Below are positions 49,588-58,236 of a stretch of 64,000 nt of DNA, piece after piece (position 1 is the first letter of the stretch; each line of letters starts with the position of its first letter). The stretch spans positions 1,184,001 through 1,248,000 of the forward strand of contig JBBCJC010000002.1 in the NCBI GenBank assembly GCA_037189525.1, in the 5' to 3' direction. The notes under the pieces are model-generated. The model saw only the letters and a program-made list of their open reading frames with translations, ran no database searches and was not told where the DNA came from. Source of the stretch: Gemmatimonadales bacterium. GTDB lineage: Bacteria > Gemmatimonadota > Gemmatimonadetes > Gemmatimonadales > GWC2-71-9. Made by a program: the position numbers and the translations under genes.

Positions 49588-50076
49588 ATGCGGTCGTATC
49601 GATGGAGTCTCGCGGTCGCGGTCCTGGTCGGCGGTGGGGCAGCCGGTACCGCTGTCGCGCAGCAGACGCAGGGCAAACCCAGGACGATCGATTTCTCCCT
49701 TCTGGGCAGTTACGACTATACCATGCCGAACCCGCTGGCTCCGCTCGATACGACGGCTTTGTCACCGATCCCTGCCGCGATTCGGGCTCTGCACGGCAAG
49801 CGAATTCAGATCACCGGGTTCATGCTGCCGATCGACCTGGATGAGGCGGGCTCGAATCGGTACATCCTGAACGGTTCCCTCGACATGTGCTACTTCGGGG
49901 CTCCGGTCCGGATCAACGAGTGGATCATGGTCACGATGAACCAGGGGAAGAAGGCCCGCTTTACGCACCTGCCGATGCGGGTTACCGGCGTGCTCGAAGT
50001 CGGTGAAGAGATCCGCAACGGGCGGATCATGAGTCTCTACCGCCTGCATGGCGACGACGCGCTGACCTACAGGTAA
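49588..50076 (+). CDS. DUF3299-like periplasmic protein (paralog 2)
   Basis: Signal AVA-QQ; LHGKRIQITGFMLPIDL..NGSLDMCYFGAPVRINEWIMV. Confidence 0.75.
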   Translation: MRSYRWSLAVAVLVGGGAAGTAVAQQTQGKPRTIDFSLLGSYDYTMPNPLAPLDTTALSPIPAAIRALHGKRIQITGFMLPIDLDEAGSNRYILNGSLDMCYFGAPVRINEWIMVTMNQGKKARFTHLPMRVTGVLEVGEEIRNGRIMSLYRLHGDDALTYR

Positions 50077-50157
50077 CTGCCGATGCCGTCTGCTCCAGTC
50101 TCTCGCCTGGTTCTGCCTCCGGGCCAGGCTGTCGTGGGTTTACCGAGGATTTCCGTC

Positions 50158-52701
50158 ATGGTCGTTGTCTGGTGTCGTCTACTGGCGTTGGCGTTGCTGA
50201 TCGGGGTGACTTCGCTCGAGGCGCAGTCCCGCCGGCCGTATCCCGCTACGCGCTATGGCGGGAACTACATGCACAACTACCTCTTTGCGCCGACCCCCGG
50301 TGCCACGCCTTCCGGACCGGCCTGGTCGCCCGACGGACGGTGGCTGGCGGTTGCCTTGGCCGGATCGATCTGGCGGGTGGATCCGGCGACGGGTGCGGCC
50401 GAGGAGTTGACCGCAGGGCCGACCTATCACGGCGCGCCGGCCTGGTCGCCGGACGGGCGGTGGCTCGTCTACACGGCCGACAACGGCAGTCGTTCGATTT
50501 CGCTCGAGATTCTCGATCTGCGGACGGGGGTCGCGCGCCGGCTCAGCACCGATAGCGCCAACTACACCGATCCCCGCTTCTCGCCCGACGGGTCGCGGCT
50601 CGCCTACGCCGCGTCGGCGCCGAACGGATACATGAACGTGTTCGTTCGCCCGATTGCCGACGGTCGTTGGGCCGGTGAGCCGATTGCACTGACCGACGAC
50701 AGCCGCTACACCGTCGACCGTCCGTATGTGACGCCGCAGGACATGCACTTCAACCCCGTCTGGTTTCCGTCCGGCCGCGAATTGCTGCTCATCTCCAATC
50801 GCAATACACCGTTAGGTACCGGTGATATCCGCCGGGTCGCTGCGCAGTCGCTGAGTCTGGAGGCCGGGACCACCGTCCTGCGCGAGCACACGCTGTATCA
50901 TGCCCGTCCCGATATCGCACCCGATGGGGTTCGCTTCGTCTACTCCAGCGCCAAGGGAGGGACCCGTCCATTCCAGTCGCTCTATCTCGTGGATACCCGC
51001 ACAGGAAGCTCGACACCGCTGACGGACTCCACCCGATTCGACGCCATCCAGCCGCGCTGGTCTCCCGATGGTCAGTCGATCGCGTTCATCAGCAACGAGG
51101 CGGGTATACCGGGTTTGGCGCTGCTCGATGTCGCGACGGGCCGCGTCCGGGCGGTGCCGATCACGTCGCGCCAGTGGAAGCGGCCGGCTGGGCGGCTCGA
51201 ACTCCGGATCTTTACCGGTTCCTCGAGCACGCCCACGTCGGCGCGCGTCCATCTCACCGCGTCGGACGGCCGGCTCTACGCACCTGACGATGCCTTTGCC
51301 CGGGTCAGTTGGACCAATGACCGGCTCTTTCACGTAACCGGTCCGGCCCGGATCGAGCTGCCGGCGGGGCCCGTCGAACTCACGGTCGTGAAAGGGTTCG
51401 AGCACGCCGTGCTGCGCCGTCGGGTCAACATCGAGGACGGGGCGACCCTCGCACTCGATCTCCGGCTCGAACCGATCGACGATCTGCCGTCGCGCGGCTG
51501 GTATCCCGGGTCGACTGGTGCGCATGTCCATGGCGGCGGCCAGCTCCGCGCCGATCTCGGTGCGCTGCTCGATCTGGCCGAAGCGGAAGGGCAGCAGTTC
51601 ACCTTCTTTCCCTATGCCCATCAGGATGCGCGGGTCCAGGATCGGGAGATGTGGGTCTTCGGAGATCCGGCGCATCCGATCTCGCGTCCGAACAATCTGC
51701 TCACCCTCGGGCAGGAGCACCGCCCGCCCTTCCATGGCCACGTCGTGACGGTCGGGCTGCGCGAGCGGATGCCGACCCTGTTTCCGGTCACCGTCGGATA
51801 CGAAGGGGTGGCACCTCCGACGCTGGCGCCCAGCAATACCGACGTGCTGGAAGCGGCCAAGCGCAAGGGAGCCATGACGGGCTACGTGCACGCCTTCGCC
51901 GGCGAAAATGACCCGATTCGCGAGGGACTGGGACTCGGCAAGGCGTTCATGGTGGATGCCGCTCTGGGAACGGTGGACGTGCTCGAATGGGCGGCCGCGG
52001 GTCGCGGCTCGTTCGTGCCGTGGTATGCCGCGCTCAATAACGGCTTGCGTGTCAAAGCGATGGGCGGTGAGGACACCATTGCCAACCTTGCGATCAGCCG
52101 TCTGATCGGCTCGGTCAGGACCTATGCGCACTGTACCGGTCCGCTGACGCCCGATTGCTGGTGGACCGCGGTACGAGAGGGCCGCTCGTTCGTCACAACC
52201 GGGCCGCTACTCGGCATGACCGTCGATGGCATCTCCGCGGGCGGCGAGGTGCAGCTGTCTGGTGCGCAGGCCGTCACCGTGGCGGGATGGGTCAAATCGA
52301 TCACGCCTCTCAGTATGGTGCTGCTCGTGCACGACGGCCAGGTCATCGATACGATCCCGCTCGGTGCGAATCGCACGGAAGCCACCTTCTCGCGAACGGT
52401 TCGGATGACCAGGAGCGGCTGGTTCCACCTTCGCGCAGAGGGAGATCCGGCGGAGCGATACCCGCTCGACGCGATCTATGCGCAGGGATTTACCAATCCG
52501 GTCTGGGTGACGGTCGACGCCAAGGCACCCCGGGATGCCGCGGCCGCCGAGTACGGGATACGCTGGATCACCCTGCTTCGGGTGATGGCTGAAGCCTGGC
52601 CGGGTTGGACTGATGAGGCGGAGCGAGCGCATGTGCTTGGCCAGTTCGAACGGGCCCGGCAGGTGTATCAGCGGCTGGCCGCCGAAGCGAACGCGCCGTG
52701 A
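50158..52701 (+). CDS. TolB-like (PD40) beta-propeller fused to a CehA/McbA-type PHP-fold metallohydrolase
   Basis: Multiple PAWSPDG repeats; EH...HGH, YVH, GGED, GRSFVTTGP, AQGFTNPVWV. Confidence 0.75.
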   Translation: MVVVWCRLLALALLIGVTSLEAQSRRPYPATRYGGNYMHNYLFAPTPGATPSGPAWSPDGRWLAVALAGSIWRVDPATGAAEELTAGPTYHGAPAWSPDGRWLVYTADNGSRSISLEILDLRTGVARRLSTDSANYTDPRFSPDGSRLAYAASAPNGYMNVFVRPIADGRWAGEPIALTDDSRYTVDRPYVTPQDMHFNPVWFPSGRELLLISNRNTPLGTGDIRRVAAQSLSLEAGTTVLREHTLYHARPDIAPDGVRFVYSSAKGGTRPFQSLYLVDTRTGSSTPLTDSTRFDAIQPRWSPDGQSIAFISNEAGIPGLALLDVATGRVRAVPITSRQWKRPAGRLELRIFTGSSSTPTSARVHLTASDGRLYAPDDAFARVSWTNDRLFHVTGPARIELPAGPVELTVVKGFEHAVLRRRVNIEDGATLALDLRLEPIDDLPSRGWYPGSTGAHVHGGGQLRADLGALLDLAEAEGQQFTFFPYAHQDARVQDREMWVFGDPAHPISRPNNLLTLGQEHRPPFHGHVVTVGLRERMPTLFPVTVGYEGVAPPTLAPSNTDVLEAAKRKGAMTGYVHAFAGENDPIREGLGLGKAFMVDAALGTVDVLEWAAAGRGSFVPWYAALNNGLRVKAMGGEDTIANLAISRLIGSVRTYAHCTGPLTPDCWWTAVREGRSFVTTGPLLGMTVDGISAGGEVQLSGAQAVTVAGWVKSITPLSMVLLVHDGQVIDTIPLGANRTEATFSRTVRMTRSGWFHLRAEGDPAERYPLDAIYAQGFTNPVWVTVDAKAPRDAAAAEYGIRWITLLRVMAEAWPGWTDEAERAHVLGQFERARQVYQRLAAEANAP

Positions 52702-52704
52702 GGC

Positions 52705-53334
52705 TCAATCAGCCGCGCGCGGAGGGACTCGTGCCGTGCTACCGAGCTGGCGCCACGCTCGGGCCATCGTCGAGGGGGGCAGGGCGGGGTGATCCCAGCG
52801 TTCGAGGGTGGTCGCGCGGTAGTCCGCCCCGTGCTCGCCGGTAACCCACGTCTCGTAGTCGGCGATCCAGGCGCAGCACGCCGAGAAGAGGTCGGTCATG
52901 GTGGCCCATTGCTCGGGGCCGTGGGGTGCGTGGTAGTGGCCAAACGCGTAGCGATTCGGCACCCCGAACGGCGGGCGGTCGACCTGGAGCATGCGGGGGC
53001 GGGGATCGAAACGTGAGAGGAAGAGCGCGGGTTGGTCGGGCCTGGTGAACCAGACGCCGAACCCCCACAGCCCGATCTGATACTCCGGCGTCAGCAGAAA
53101 GTACCCGCTGCTCTTGGGCTGATGCGAAGGCGCCCGAACCCGAAGGAAGCCGCGTTCGATGAGGAGATTGCCGGGTGGAGCCAGGACGTCGCGGCCCCAG
53201 CACCAGCACTGCTGATCGATCAATCGGTTCAAGCTCTCCCGAACGACTCGGCTGAATCGCGGACGTGGGCTCGGCTTCGAGAGGTTGGGCGCCCAGAAGC
53301 GCGATGGCTCGGACCGTTGCACAGGTTTCATCAT
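52705..53334 (-). CDS. Hypothetical protein (Trp/Cys-rich: QQCWCWGRD, GNLL..RGF, LWGFG)
   Basis: Fills the gap between operons and has protein-like composition; exact start uncertain. Confidence 0.65.
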   Translation of the reverse strand: MMKPVQRSEPSRFWAPNLSKPSPRPRFSRVVRESLNRLIDQQCWCWGRDVLAPPGNLLIERGFLRVRAPSHQPKSSGYFLLTPEYQIGLWGFGVWFTRPDQPALFLSRFDPRPRMLQVDRPPFGVPNRYAFGHYHAPHGPEQWATMTDLFSACCAWIADYETWVTGEHGADYRATTLERWDHPALPPSTMARAWRQLGSTARVPPRAAD

Positions 53335-53343
53335 CGCAGTAAA

Positions 53344-53426
53344 TGATAACTATTTATCAATAAATCACCAACCGATCGAGTTTCGGCCTGAAGGATTGCC
53401 AATTTGATAACGAAATAGCAATATGA
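53344..53426. promoter_or_regulatory. Two AT-rich dyads in a divergent promoter
   Basis: TGATAA-ctat-TTATCA (53344-53359) and TGATAAC-gaaatagc-AATATGA (53405-53426). Confidence 0.6.
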
Positions 53427-53484
53427 ATACCGCGAGATGTACTGCGGGTGTGGTCAGGGCAACAATCTGGACCGGAGTATCCCT

Positions 53485-53952
53485 ATGCGTTGGTATGGCG
53501 CGATGTCGATCGTATTGGGTTTGGCGGCAGGCCCTCTCGGAGCCCAGCCCAAACCTCAACCGATCTCGTTCGATCAGTTGACGGCGTACGACTACGAACT
53601 TCCGGGGCCCCTCGCCGCGGTGACGAAGGAAACGCAGGCGCAGATTCCCGGGCCGATTCGGGCGCTCAACGGCAAGCGGGTGCAGATCTCCGGTTTCATG
53701 CTGCCGATCGATCTCGAAGCCGACGGCGTGCGGCAGTTCATCCTCAACGGCTCGCTGGACATGTGCTACTTCGGGGCGCCGGTGCGGATCAACGACTGGA
53801 TCATGGTCACTATGAACCAGGGCAAGAAGGCCCAGTTCAGTCACATGCCCACCCGGATCACGGGCACGCTCGAGGTTGGTGAGGAGATCAGGAACGGGCG
53901 GATCGTCAGCCTCTATCGGCTCAAGGCAGATGAGGCGACGATCTCCCGGTGA
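53485..53952 (+). CDS. DUF3299-like periplasmic protein (paralog 3)
   Basis: Signal LGA-Q; LNGKRVQISGFMLPIDL..NGSLDMCYFGAPVRINDWIMV. Confidence 0.75.
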   Translation: MRWYGAMSIVLGLAAGPLGAQPKPQPISFDQLTAYDYELPGPLAAVTKETQAQIPGPIRALNGKRVQISGFMLPIDLEADGVRQFILNGSLDMCYFGAPVRINDWIMVTMNQGKKAQFSHMPTRITGTLEVGEEIRNGRIVSLYRLKADEATISR

Positions 53953-54620
53953 CCGCAGTTCTCGACGTACGCAATCTCGAAAAGAGTTATCTCGCGCCGG
54001 ACGGCGAGCGCCAGCGCGTGCTCGACATCCCGGCGCTCACGGTCGGCGCGGGAGAACAGGTGGCGCTGCGCGGCACGAGCGGTTCGGGCAAGACGACGCT
54101 CCTCAATGTCATCGCGGGCATTCTGCCTGCCGATAGCGGCACCGTGATGATCGGTGACGCCGCCATGACGGCGTTGTCCGAGAGCGGCCGCGACCAGTTG
54201 CGCGCCAGGACCATCGGCTACGTCTTCCAGACCTTCAACCTGCTGCAGGGCTATTCGGCGCTGGAGAACGTTCTGCTCGGTATGCTGTTCGGACCGGGGC
54301 CTGATCCGGCACGCGCCCGGGCCCTGCTCGAACGCGTGGGACTCGGTAGCCGCCTCCATCATCGGCCTCGCCAGCTGTCGGTTGGCCAGCAGCAGCGGGT
54401 CGCGGTGGCGCGAGCGCTCGCCAATCGGCCGGCGCTGGTGCTGGCCGACGAACCCACCGGTAATCTGGACCGCCGCCATGCGGAGGAAGCGTTGGCTTTG
54501 ATGCGTGAAGGTTGTCGCGAGGCGGGGGCTGCGCTGCTGCTGGTAAGTCACGATCCCGCGGTGCTGGGCGCCTTCGAGCGGGTCGAGGATCTCTCCCAAC
54601 TCAATCGGGCGGCCAGCTGA
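53949..54620 (+). CDS. ABC ATP-binding protein (LolD/MacB-like)
   Basis: [34 protein letters not shown]. Confidence 0.92.
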   Translation: MTAVLDVRNLEKSYLAPDGERQRVLDIPALTVGAGEQVALRGTSGSGKTTLLNVIAGILPADSGTVMIGDAAMTALSESGRDQLRARTIGYVFQTFNLLQGYSALENVLLGMLFGPGPDPARARALLERVGLGSRLHHRPRQLSVGQQQRVAVARALANRPALVLADEPTGNLDRRHAEEALALMREGCREAGAALLLVSHDPAVLGAFERVEDLSQLNRAAS

Positions 54621-55879
54621 TGGCGGCGTTCGGTCTCTCGCTGCTGGTGCGCCGGAGTCTGCGGCAGCACGCGTTGTCCACCTTGATCACGGTCGTGTCG
54701 GTGGCGCTGGCATCGGGGCTCGTGATGAGCGTCTTTGCCATCAAGCGTCAGGCCTACCAGGCGTTCACCGGCGGTCCCGTGGGGTTCGACGCGGTGCTCG
54801 GCGCGCGCGGGAGCCAGCTCCAACTCGTGCTCAATACGGTCTTCCACCTGGAAACCTCGCCCGGGAACATTCCCTGGGCCATGTACCAGGCGATTGGTGC
54901 GGACCCGGGTGTCACGCTCGCCATCCCGTACGCGGTGGGCGACAACTACGAAGGGTTTCGGATCGTCGGCACCTCCACCCAGATGTTCACCGACTTCGAG
55001 TACCGGGCCGGGCAGAAATTCCGGCTCGGCGCCGGTCGCGTGTTCAACCCCGCCGAGCGGGAGGCCATCGTCGGCAGCGTGGTGGCTGCGCAGACGGGGC
55101 TCGCGCTCGGGTCGACCTTCCGGCCCTATCACGGTCTCGCGTTCGACTCGACCAAGGTCCATGACGAGCTGTACACGGTCGTGGCGGTGATGGAGCCGAC
55201 CAACAGCCCGTCCGACCGGGTGGTCTGGATCCCGATCGACGGTTTGTTCCGCATGTCGGGGCACGTCCTGCGAGGCACCGGCAAGACCTATCGCCCCGAG
55301 GAGGGCGTCGCGATCCCGGAGGAGCATCGTGAGGTGAGTGCCGTGATGCTCAAGCTCGCGGACCCGCAGAGCGGTATCTACCTCGACCAGGCCATCAACC
55401 GGCAGGGCAAGGAGGCCACGCTGGCCTGGCCGATCGGTCGTGTCATGGCCGATCTCTTCATCAAGATCGGATGGATGAATCAGGTGCTGGCGATGGTGGC
55501 ATATCTGGTGATCGTCGTGGCCGCCGGGTCGATTCTCGCGAGTATCTACAACACCATGAACGAACGGCGGCGCGAGTTCGCGATCCTCCGGGCGCTGGGC
55601 GCCCGGCGGCGGACGGTGTTCGCCGCGATCGTATTCGAAGCGGCGGCGATTGCCGGCCTGGGTGCCGCGTTAGGCTATGCGATGTATGCCGGGATCCTCA
55701 CGGCGGCGCGCGCGGTGGTGCGGGTGCAGACCGGCGTGGTGCTCGATCCGCTGGCGTTCGATCCGATTCTCGTCGTCGCCCCGATCGGGATGCTCCTGAT
55801 CGGCGCGGTGGCGGGACTGATCCCGGCGTTCAAAGCGTATCGGACGGACGTCGCGGCCAACCTGACTCCGGTTTCGTGA
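54620..55879 (+). CDS. MacB/FtsX-like ABC permease (ZrgC-like)
   Basis: D.VLGARGSQLQLVLN.VFH, GNIPW, GDNY.GFRIVGT, ERRREFAILRALGA, AYRTDVA. Confidence 0.85.
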   Translation: MAAFGLSLLVRRSLRQHALSTLITVVSVALASGLVMSVFAIKRQAYQAFTGGPVGFDAVLGARGSQLQLVLNTVFHLETSPGNIPWAMYQAIGADPGVTLAIPYAVGDNYEGFRIVGTSTQMFTDFEYRAGQKFRLGAGRVFNPAEREAIVGSVVAAQTGLALGSTFRPYHGLAFDSTKVHDELYTVVAVMEPTNSPSDRVVWIPIDGLFRMSGHVLRGTGKTYRPEEGVAIPEEHREVSAVMLKLADPQSGIYLDQAINRQGKEATLAWPIGRVMADLFIKIGWMNQVLAMVAYLVIVVAAGSILASIYNTMNERRREFAILRALGARRRTVFAAIVFEAAAIAGLGAALGYAMYAGILTAARAVVRVQTGVVLDPLAFDPILVVAPIGMLLIGAVAGLIPAFKAYRTDVAANLTPVS

Positions 55880-55886
55880 GGTGACG

Positions 55887-56450
55887 ATGGGTACCACATG
55901 GATGTGGGGCGGTGTGCTGGCGGTCCTGGCAGGTGCAGCGGCGTGCGGCTCCGATCGGGACGTAGGCCAGCCGGCGGCCGATGCTCCGGCGGTGGCCGCG
56001 GCGCCGGTCGCACCGGATACGCAAGCTGCGCATAATGATGACGACGACGATGATCACGGAGGTCACGAGCACGACGCACCGCACGGGGGCGCCCTGGTCG
56101 AACTGGGCAATGAATTCGCCCACCTGGAGATCGTGCTCGATGCCGGGCTCGGCCAATTGACGGTCTACGTGCTCGATGGCGAGGCCTCGACCGGTGTACG
56201 GCTACGCACGTCGTCGCTCCGGCCCACGATCCAGCTTCCGTCCAGTGCCGCGCCGTTCGAACTCGCTCTCTCGGCCGTCGCCAACGCCCTCACTGGCGAA
56301 ACGGCCGAAGAGTCGAGCGTCTACATCGGACAGGACGACCGGTTGAAGGGCGTCAGTCGGTTCACTGGCAAAGTGCCGAGCGTGACCGTGCGTGGGCAGA
56401 CCTTCTCGGACGTGGCGATCAGCTATCCCGAGGATTCACACGATCACTGA
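55887..56450 (+). CDS. His/Asp-rich lipoprotein, probable metal-binding protein
   Basis: Lipobox AAAC; HNDDDDDDHGGHEHDAPHGGALVELGNEFAHLE; C-terminal HDH. Confidence 0.75.
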   Translation: MGTTWMWGGVLAVLAGAAACGSDRDVGQPAADAPAVAAAPVAPDTQAAHNDDDDDDHGGHEHDAPHGGALVELGNEFAHLEIVLDAGLGQLTVYVLDGEASTGVRLRTSSLRPTIQLPSSAAPFELALSAVANALTGETAEESSVYIGQDDRLKGVSRFTGKVPSVTVRGQTFSDVAISYPEDSHDH

Positions 56451-56470
56451 GTGTTGCGCAGGGGGCGGGC

Positions 56471-57292
56471 TCAGCCCGCCCTCCACAAGACCGGAAAGAG
56501 GGGATGGTCCATCGGCGCGCCGGCCGGGAGCGTCTCCGCCAGCCCCGGAAACGCGGGCGACGTGATCCACTGCCGGGGCGCGTGCGTGATGTCGTCACCG
56601 AGCACGCGCACCGAGAACACGCGCCGCCGGCGAGTCCCCTCCACACCTTTGGCGGCGTGCAGGGTCAGCATGTGGAAGCAGACCGCGTCACCAGGTTCGA
56701 GGTCCCAGCCGATGATCGGGTAGCGCTCCCGATCGGCCTCGATGTCGGGAAGATCCTCCAACGTACCTTCCGGAAACCACTTGGCCTGCGCATCGAGGAA
56801 CGAGCGCGGCATGAGCCACGGTCCCAGGTGCGAGCCGGCCACGAATTCCAGCGTCGAGGCTCGGCTCACGGGATCGACCGGGATCCAGAAGCTGCAGTTG
56901 AGCCGGCCCTCGATGTTGTAGTAGGGCTGATCCTGGTGCCATGGTGTGGCTTGCCGGGTGCCCGGCTCTTTGGTCAGCATGTGGTCGTGATAGAGCCGGA
57001 CCGTAGTGCTCCCCATCAACAGGCCGGCTGCTTCGCTCAGGCGCGACTCGAAGATGAAGCGCCGATACGCGTCGCGCTCCTGCCAGTTGCAGAAGTCCTC
57101 GATGAACCATCCCGGATCTTCGGGACGGCTCGCCACTTTGGCGCGCGGGCTCGGCTGGGCCAGATTGGCATCGATGCCTGCGCGCAGGCGCTCGACCTCG
57201 TCGGGAGTGAACAGCTGGCGCAGGCAGATGGCGCCGTCGCGCTGAAAGGCGTCGATGTCGGATTGGGTCACGGCGGGTTTGGCGGACGGCAC
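56471..57292 (-). CDS. Phytanoyl-CoA dioxygenase (PhyH) family Fe(II)/2OG oxygenase
   Basis: FQRDGA, TPWHQD, VAGSH, PGDAVCFH...LH, RRVFS. GTG start inferred. Confidence 0.88.
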   Translation of the reverse strand: MPSAKPAVTQSDIDAFQRDGAICLRQLFTPDEVERLRAGIDANLAQPSPRAKVASRPEDPGWFIEDFCNWQERDAYRRFIFESRLSEAAGLLMGSTTVRLYHDHMLTKEPGTRQATPWHQDQPYYNIEGRLNCSFWIPVDPVSRASTLEFVAGSHLGPWLMPRSFLDAQAKWFPEGTLEDLPDIEADRERYPIIGWDLEPGDAVCFHMLTLHAAKGVEGTRRRRVFSVRVLGDDITHAPRQWITSPAFPGLAETLPAGAPMDHPLFPVLWRAG

Positions 57293-57315
57293 AGGGTGGC
57301 TCCGGCTGAAGAGTG

Positions 57316-57327
57316 GTAATATATTAC
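57316..57327. promoter_or_regulatory. Putative GntR operator
   Basis: Perfect palindrome GTAATATATTAC between the divergent phyH and gntR genes. Confidence 0.5.
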
Positions 57328-57497
57328 ACACAAATGCAAATATATCAATTCTTAGGCCGGCGCCCTCGGTCTCAGATAGCTGGCCGCTCGAACGGGGCGG
57401 TGCAAGGTCAGACCCATTGCCGGCCGAATGTGGAGTGTGTGGTGACCGTGTGCTCGGTGGACGGCGGATCTCAATGGAGCTGTTCGAGGACGGAACC

Positions 57498-58211
57498 ATG
57501 ACGCCGAAGTCCGCTCTCCCAGCGCGGGCCGACCGGGCTCGGCGCGTGTCCTATGCCGATCAGACGTACGAGCATCTCCGGCAGGAGATCGTCGAATGCC
57601 GGCTGCCGCCCGGACGGCGCTTGACGGAGGCGTCGGTGGCCGAGCTGGTGCAGGTGGGCAAGATGCCGGTGCGCGAGGCGCTCCAGCGCCTGGTCCTGGA
57701 AGGACTGGTGCAGGTCATCCCCCGTCACGGTTACCGGGTGGCGCCCATCACCCTGCGTGAGGTGCGTGAGCTATTCGCGCTCAGGCTGGTGGTCGAGCCG
57801 GCGGCGACCGAACGTGCAGCCGGACGGATCGACGCGGTCGAGTCCGCAGCGCTCCGCAAGCTGAGCGACATCGGGTATACCCTGACCGGTCGGGAGGCGG
57901 TCCGCCGCTATCTACGGGCCAACACGGAGTTCCATACCCGCATCGCGCAGTGCGCGGGTAGCCGACGGCTGGCCGATCTGGTGGCAGGACTGCTGCGGGA
58001 GAGCGAGCGGCTGATCACGTTCGTGCTCCCGACGCACCCGCGGAGCGCGCCGACGGTGGCCGAGCACCGCCGTCTACTCGGTGCGCTGGTCCGAGGCGAA
58101 GGGAAGGCCGCGCGCCGTCTCGCAGAAGCGCATATACGGTCGACCGAAACCATGGTGACGGAGGCGATCCTCGCGCACGCCGAAGTCGAAGATGCGCCGA
58201 TCGAAGCGTAG
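57498..58211 (+). CDS. GntR-family regulator (FCD domain)
   Basis: LPPGRRLTE, PVREALQRL..EGLV, NTEFH, EH...L, HI. Confidence 0.88.
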   Translation: MTPKSALPARADRARRVSYADQTYEHLRQEIVECRLPPGRRLTEASVAELVQVGKMPVREALQRLVLEGLVQVIPRHGYRVAPITLREVRELFALRLVVEPAATERAAGRIDAVESAALRKLSDIGYTLTGREAVRRYLRANTEFHTRIAQCAGSRRLADLVAGLLRESERLITFVLPTHPRSAPTVAEHRRLLGALVRGEGKAARRLAEAHIRSTETMVTEAILAHAEVEDAPIEA

Positions 58212-58236
58212 CATGGGGTCGGGTCGGGTCTCAGCG

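Noticed and set aside
24406..56470. Calling the zinc island a mobile element
   Set aside because: No integrase, transposase, tRNA anchor or flanking direct repeats were seen, and composition looks similar to the flanks.
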